52,934 nt of DNA from Pontiellaceae bacterium. Its GTDB lineage: Bacteria > Verrucomicrobiota > Kiritimatiellia > Kiritimatiellales > Tichowtungiaceae. The notes below the pieces were generated by a model. It saw only the letters and a program-made list of their open reading frames with translations. It did not search any database and had not been told where the DNA came from. A program made the translations under genes and the position numbers. The stretch lies in assembly GCA_029939835.1 (NCBI GenBank), contig JAOZSE010000001.1, forward strand, positions 1-52,934, in the 5' to 3' direction. Positions 48,324 through 52,934 of this stretch are shown piece by piece; position 1 is the stretch's first letter, and every line of letters begins with the position of its first letter.

Positions 48324-48404
48324 TGGAGTGCGGCAGCTTGCTGCCGCCTTTAAAAACCGAAGCTTGCTTCGGTGAACAAAGCGCAGGCAAGCCTGCGCAC
48401 TCCA
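48324..48404. repeat. GGAG-type REP doublet (family D)
   Basis: TGGAGTGCGGCAGCTTGCTGCCGC ... CCGAAGCTTGCTTCGG ... CAAAGCGCAGGCAAGCCTGCGCACTCCA; last 28 bp identical to 51364-51391. Confidence 0.9.
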
Positions 48405-48429
48405 TAGAGTTTTCTCATCCAACACTCCC

Positions 48430-49311
48430 TTACTCCGCATCCCTCCGGGATGCTCTCAGCTTCCCCGCCGCCCAGGCGACTCCTTCCCACCCGTACGGGG
48501 CATATTCGTGGCCGCCGGGAGTTTCATCATAGACGTGCGCCTGATTATTTTCCAAAAGAAAAGTGTGTAACGTGCGGTTTTCCCCGACGATGCGCGGGTC
48601 GTCGCCCTGCCCCACCGTAATGCGCAGTTTGAGGTCGGGGCGAAGCAGTGCGTTCAGAAAATCATCGGGAAACGCCGCGCGCAGTTCTTCGTCGCTCATC
48701 AGATCTTCAATATAGCTCCCGTGATGATGATCGGGCGGCATAAAACGGAGCGAAGCACAGTGGATCGCGCCAACGCTGAACAGCTCCGGATAGCGGCAGA
48801 GAAAGTTGATTGCACCGAACCCGCCCATGCTGTGCCCGGAAATTCCGCGTCCCGCAGAATTTCCAATGATTGCCACTTCACTTCGTTCCGTTGCCGTCGC
48901 AATAGCGCCGGCCTCTCTCGACTTCGTCTCGAGTGGAAACTCGGCTTCAACATACGGGATCAGTTCTTTGATGATATGCGATTCATATTGGCTTTTTTCG
49001 ACACGCGGACTGTCGAGGTACCACCCGGCCCCGCCGTTCACTTTCACCACCGCAACGCCGAGTTCGTTTACCCATTCGTCAATCGATGTAAAAGGCTGTC
49101 CGCCGATCACCGTTTCTCTTTTAAACGGACTGGTGGCGGTTTCGAAAAAAGTGCGTTTGGTTGGCGATGGGTCATACAGCCCTTCACCGCGCATGAGGCC
49201 GTGTAGATCGTAAATCACGGGGAACGGGCCGTCGCCTTCAGGGAGAATTACGGCAAAGGAAACGTCGGCTTGGAGACACTCGCTTTGAATGGTTTCGATT
49301 AACGTTGGCAT
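48430..49311 (-). CDS. Alpha/beta-hydrolase esterase carrying a 21-aa in-frame insertion
   Basis: FPVIYDLHG, YE..I..ELIPYVE, GHSMGG nucleophile elbow, PGGH; start ATG 49311. Confidence 0.88.
   Translation of the reverse strand: MPTLIETIQSECLQADVSFAVILPEGDGPFPVIYDLHGLMRGEGLYDPSPTKRTFFETATSPFKRETVIGGQPFTSIDEWVNELGVAVVKVNGGAGWYLDSPRVEKSQYESHIIKELIPYVEAEFPLETKSREAGAIATATERSEVAIIGNSAGRGISGHSMGGFGAINFLCRYPELFSVGAIHCASLRFMPPDHHHGSYIEDLMSDEELRAAFPDDFLNALLRPDLKLRITVGQGDDPRIVGENRTLHTFLLENNQAHVYDETPGGHEYAPYGWEGVAWAAGKLRASRRDAE
48873..48935. mobile_element. 63-bp multi-hairpin mini-element (family F), in frame in the esterase
   Basis: CCACT...GTTGC...GCCTC.CTC...GTG with TG direct repeat; similar to 51246-51302; removal restores TTCCAATGATTGGAA. 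Confidence 0.75.
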
Positions 49312-49317
49312 TTTAAT

Positions 49318-49367
49318 GTAGAGATAAGTGTTCCGCTTGCTTTGAACGAGCAAGACGCTCGTTCTAC
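49318..49367. repeat. GTAG REP doublet (family B-like; left arm degenerate)
   Basis: Minus strand GTAGAACGAGCGTCTTGCTCGTTC (49367-49344); plus strand GTAGAGATAAGTGTTCCGCTTGCT from 49318. Confidence 0.8.
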
Positions 49368-50560
49368 TTTCGATTCATTTTCCATTCGGCGATCTGCTGA
49401 ACGTCTTTGTCGCCACGGCCGGAAACGTTGATGATCAACAGGTCGTTCTGGGTAAAGGACTCTGCATTGTTGATTACCCATGCGATGGCGTGCGCGCTTT
49501 CGAGTGCGGGCAGGATGCCTTCCCACTGCGCAAGCTTGTCAAAGCCCATCACGGCCTCTTCGTCATCAACGGAGGTGTATTCAGCACGGCCCAGATCATG
49601 AAGCCGCGCGTGTTCGGGGCCGACGGTGGCGTAATCGAGGCCCGCGCTGATGGAATGGGTCAAACGGATCTGGCCGTCGTCGTCCTGCAGCACATAGCTT
49701 TTGGTTCCCTGCAGCACGCCGATCTTTCCATCGGCGAAGCGCGCGGCATGCTGTCCGGTTTCGATGCCGAGGCCGCCGGCCTCGACGCCGATGAAACGTA
49801 CGCCTTCATCCTTTATAAAGGGATGGAAAATGCCGATGGAATTGCTGCCGCCGCCGACACAGGCAACAATGGCGTCCGGCAGACGCCCTTCGGCTTTCAA
49901 AATCTGTTTACGCGCCTCTTTGCCGATGACGCTCTGGAAGTCGCGCACCATCATCGGATACGGATGTGAACCGAGCGCGGAGCCGAGGATGTAGTGGGTG
50001 TTGCGAACATTGGAGACCCAGTCGCGCATCGCTTCGTTCACCGCCTCCTTGAGCGTCTGCTGGCCGGCCGTTACCTCAACGACCTTGGCGCCGAGGCTTT
50101 CCATCCGGAAAACGTTGAGCGCCTGCCGCGCCATATCCACCTTGCCCATGTAGACCGCACACTCAAGGCCGAACATCGCGGCGACGGTAGCGGTGGCGAC
50201 GCCGTGCTGACCCGCGCCGGTTTCGGCAATGATGCGCGTTTTGCCCATGCGCTTCGCGAGCAGAATCTGGCCCATGGAGTTGTTGATTTTATGTGCGCCG
50301 GTATGGCAGAGGTCTTCGCGCTTGAGATAAATCTTCGGGCCGCCGAGTTCGCGCGTCATCCGTTCGGCAAAATAAAGCGGCGTCGGGCGGCCGACATATT
50401 CGCGCAGATAGTATTCGAGTTCTTTTTTGAAGGCGGGATCCTTGCGCGCCTCTTTGTAAACGCGCGTCAGCTCGTTGAGCGGCTCCATGAGCGTTTCGGG
50501 CACGAACATGCCGCCGTACGGGCCGAAGTGCCCCTGTGAATCAGGCCGGGTCGGATTCAT
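49364..50560 (-). CDS. trpB: Tryptophan synthase beta chain
   Basis: [44 protein letters not shown]. Confidence 0.98.
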   Translation of the reverse strand: MNPTRPDSQGHFGPYGGMFVPETLMEPLNELTRVYKEARKDPAFKKELEYYLREYVGRPTPLYFAERMTRELGGPKIYLKREDLCHTGAHKINNSMGQILLAKRMGKTRIIAETGAGQHGVATATVAAMFGLECAVYMGKVDMARQALNVFRMESLGAKVVEVTAGQQTLKEAVNEAMRDWVSNVRNTHYILGSALGSHPYPMMVRDFQSVIGKEARKQILKAEGRLPDAIVACVGGGSNSIGIFHPFIKDEGVRFIGVEAGGLGIETGQHAARFADGKIGVLQGTKSYVLQDDDGQIRLTHSISAGLDYATVGPEHARLHDLGRAEYTSVDDEEAVMGFDKLAQWEGILPALESAHAIAWVINNAESFTQNDLLIINVSGRGDKDVQQIAEWKMNRK

Positions 50561-51188
50561 GACGAACTTTCTCGATAAATTTTTTCACTTTGCGGATGTC
50601 TTTAACGCCCGGCTCCTTTTCGACGCCGGAGCTGACATCCACGCCCCATGGCTGAACGGCCTCGATCGCTTCGAGCACGTTGTCAGGCGACAGCCCGCCG
50701 GCCAGCAAGACCGGCTTACCTGCCGTCTGCACCAGCTGTCGCGCGCCTTCCCAGTCGCTGAGCGTCCCGGTGCCGCCCACGGACTGCGGATCGAACGAAT
50801 CGGCCAGCAGAACCGACGGCTCGGGGTCGAGCGCCTGGAGCAGCGCGGGTGTAAAAGGCTCTTCAAGCCTCGGCGCCAGCCAGGTTTCGAGACCTTCGAA
50901 CAGCGGCCGGTCTATTTTCCAGTCATTGGACGTGACGTGAATCTGCACGGCGTCGAGATGGCAGGCACCCGCCACCGCCTCGACCTCTTCGGCGGAAGGC
51001 TGTACGAATACACCGATCTTTTTTATGGTTTCGGGAATGCTGCCAAGCCAGGGTTCAATCTGTTCGGGGCGGACATAGCGTTTGGCATTCGGCCAAAAGA
51101 CAAAGCCGATGGCGTCGGGATCCAGGGCGCAAATCTGCTCCAAATCGTTCCGGGAACAGATTCCGCAGATTTTAATAAACACGCTCAT
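50541..51188 (-). CDS. trpF: Phosphoribosylanthranilate isomerase
   Basis: [34 protein letters not shown]. Confidence 0.96.
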   Translation of the reverse strand: MSVFIKICGICSRNDLEQICALDPDAIGFVFWPNAKRYVRPEQIEPWLGSIPETIKKIGVFVQPSAEEVEAVAGACHLDAVQIHVTSNDWKIDRPLFEGLETWLAPRLEEPFTPALLQALDPEPSVLLADSFDPQSVGGTGTLSDWEGARQLVQTAGKPVLLAGGLSPDNVLEAIEAVQPWGVDVSSGVEKEPGVKDIRKVKKFIEKVRHESDPA

Positions 51189-51228
51189 AAGGGACTGGAT
51201 GATTGGAATATTGGAAGATCTTCTGTTC

Positions 51229-51391
51229 TGGAGTGCGGCGGGTTGCCACTTTCTTCGGTCGTTGCTTTCATGAACGAAAGCCTCGCTCCCAAAGGTCGCG
51301 TGCCGCCGCTTTCAAATACCAAGCTTGCTTCGATTGTGTAAGGCCGAAGCAAGCTTCGGCGGTCAAAGCGCAGGCAAGCCTGCGCACTCCA
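51229..51391. repeat. GGAG-type REP doublet (family D) with a 57-bp family-F insertion at 51246-51302
   Basis: Removing 51246-51302 restores TGGAGTGCGGCGGGTTGCCGCCGCTTT. Confidence 0.85.
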
Positions 51392-51421
51392 AAATGATTC
51401 CCCCAATCCATCATTCCTCTC

Positions 51422-52066
51422 CTATTCCTGGCTTTCCTCCGCGAGTTCCTCCGCCAAATCCTCGGCGGCCTCAAAGGCCATTTCGCGGCGGATTTCACCG
51501 TCATTGAAAAACAGCGGGTTCTGGCCGTCGGCCCAGGCGATACGCAGATCGCTGATGTCAATAAAGCCGAAGGCGGAGCGCACCTGACGGGTGAGCGCAT
51601 CACGCTCATCGTCTTCCTTATAGATTCCGCCGGAAGCCACCAGCAACACCATCGTAGTAATGTTGTGCAGCGGCTTGGGGCCGTCACCGGTCAGTTCAAA
51701 AACCAGTCCGGGGGCGAGAATCTGGTCCATCCACGCCTTCATCACAGCGGGGGCGGAAAAATTCCACATCGGCATGGTCAGCACGAGGACATCGGCGGTT
51801 TTGAAAAGCTCGGCCTGTTTGGTGGCATAGTGCGCCGCGGCCTCTTCGGCCTTGCTCGGCTCATACGTTTCGTCAAACACCGGCATCCACATACGACGGT
51901 AGAGGTCGTTGGAGTAATACGGAGGTTTGTCCTGATAGAGGTCAACGTTATTGAGCTCCACGTCGGGGTTGAGCTCCATCAGCTTGCCGAAAAAGCGGGC
52001 GGCAAGCTGCTTGGAGACCGACTCCTCCGTAGATTTCGGGTTCGCGCACACATGCAGAATATTCAT
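51422..52066 (-). CDS. FMN-dependent NADH azoreductase (AzoR/AcpD family)
   Basis: ILHV.ANP...SVS..L, PMWNFSAPAVMKAWMD, SGGIY; SD AAGGAG. Confidence 0.9.
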   Translation of the reverse strand: MNILHVCANPKSTEESVSKQLAARFFGKLMELNPDVELNNVDLYQDKPPYYSNDLYRRMWMPVFDETYEPSKAEEAAAHYATKQAELFKTADVLVLTMPMWNFSAPAVMKAWMDQILAPGLVFELTGDGPKPLHNITTMVLLVASGGIYKEDDERDALTRQVRSAFGFIDISDLRIAWADGQNPLFFNDGEIRREMAFEAAEDLAEELAEESQE

Positions 52067-52370
52067 GAAAACTCCTTATAGGTAGGTTTTGACGAAAGTG
52101 ACTCTATCAGCGGCCGGCGAGGCGCTCAAGCGTTTGGGTGTAATTTTTGTCCCGGGCGTCGTTTTGCGCCCGCCTGAAAATACGGGCGACTATGTGAACG
52201 ACGTGATGGATCGGGTTTGGTAGAGTCCGCCTCCCATGGAAACTTCGTGGATTATCTGGACTTGTGCCGGGCTGATTGTCTTTGTTTCGAGTCTGATTCA
52301 AAGCATGATCGCCTTGTTTTAACGGGTCTTTTTTATATGCTGGGCCCTTTACTCAAATAAGGAGCACGTC

Positions 52371-52484
52371 ATGAAGCAAACGATTGTTATTACCGGAGCC
52401 AGCAACGGGCTGGGCAAAGTGCTTTCCGTTGATCTAGCCAAAAAGGTCGTCTTTTCCCAAAAAAGCGAATGGCATTCCGATTGA
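52371..52484 (+). pseudogene. Truncated N-terminus of a short-chain dehydrogenase
   Basis: SD AAGGAG, MKQTIVITGASNGLGK..S..LAKK (TGxxxGxG), then similarity is lost and a stop follows after 37 aa. Confidence 0.65.
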
Positions 52485-52934
52485 TATTGGAATCAAGGAT
52501 TAGATCACATGTACACAGAATTTTCCACAACCGCTTCGCTAGAGGAACCCCGAGAGAAAAAACTCTCAACTCAGACGTTCCTCTCTATTCCTCAAGCGAA
52601 GCGGTTGTGAAAAATCTTTACTCCTCCGGCGTCCTCAAGAAAGGAGATAATCTGCGATGAATTTTATACAACTTCCCGATGGTGAATTTGAATAGTGAGA
52701 ACACGCGCCGGGAAAAGGTGTAGGCATTTGAGCATTTCTCTAAAATTACTGTTCTTTTTTCATTCAACGTTCAACCTCCGACAACGGAAAACCCAGACGC
52801 TGGAATGGATGGTCATAGTTTAAGAAAACAGATTGACGGAATGATGGTCGATGATTTTGTATTTAGTGAGCTAAATAAAAGAACATGCCTGCGTTCAAAT
52901 AGTTGGAAGGTCGTTTTTCAAAACAAATCTTGTG

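Noticed and set aside
48282-48440. N-terminal extension of YicC, and similar ORF 51185-51406 (shared WSAQACLRF)
   Set aside because: The shared peptide is translated family-D REP; yicC has its own SD and ATG at 48281
52485-52934. Gene at the right edge
   Set aside because: AT-rich with only short ORFs and no recognisable motif; possibly an island border, but not interpretable within this window

Overview
GC-rich bacterial chromosome segment. A PVC-superphylum, Kiritimatiellota-like origin is my impression only; nothing in the window tests it. The backbone is housekeeping: ftsK-rodZ-pgsA, ychF, tatA/tatC, trxA, fbaA, mutL, folP-cdaA-cdaR, dnaE, mnmA, tRNA-Asp, trpC, prfB, lnt, nrdR, a histone H1-like protein, gmk, yicC, trpF-trpB and an azoreductase. 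Small accessory islets are interspersed: two convergent genes each with one nonsense codon plus an AAA_14/DUF4143 ATPase; RHH-PIN, MNT-HepT and NTase toxin-antitoxin(-like) pairs; and a WYL regulator coupled to a glycosylase-like gene. The most striking signal lies below the gene level. (1) A REP-associated tyrosine transposase (RAYT) is flanked by GTAG REPs, and at least five further palindromic mini-element families occur in the window. (2) In five genes (RAYT, tatC, an NTase, prfB, trpB) the TAG stop codon is the TAG of a REP GTAG. (3) A 57-63 bp multi-hairpin element is inserted in frame in an esterase and also inside another REP. (4) A 15-bp palindrome TTCCAAnnnTTGGAA is embedded in several core proteins in different reading frames. 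(5) Two TA-like cassettes are each bracketed by a duplicated end of a host gene (mnmA 3' end, lnt 5' end), with no integrase nearby. No CRISPR array, rRNA, prophage or IS transposase other than the RAYT was seen. All assignments are by eye; no searches were run.
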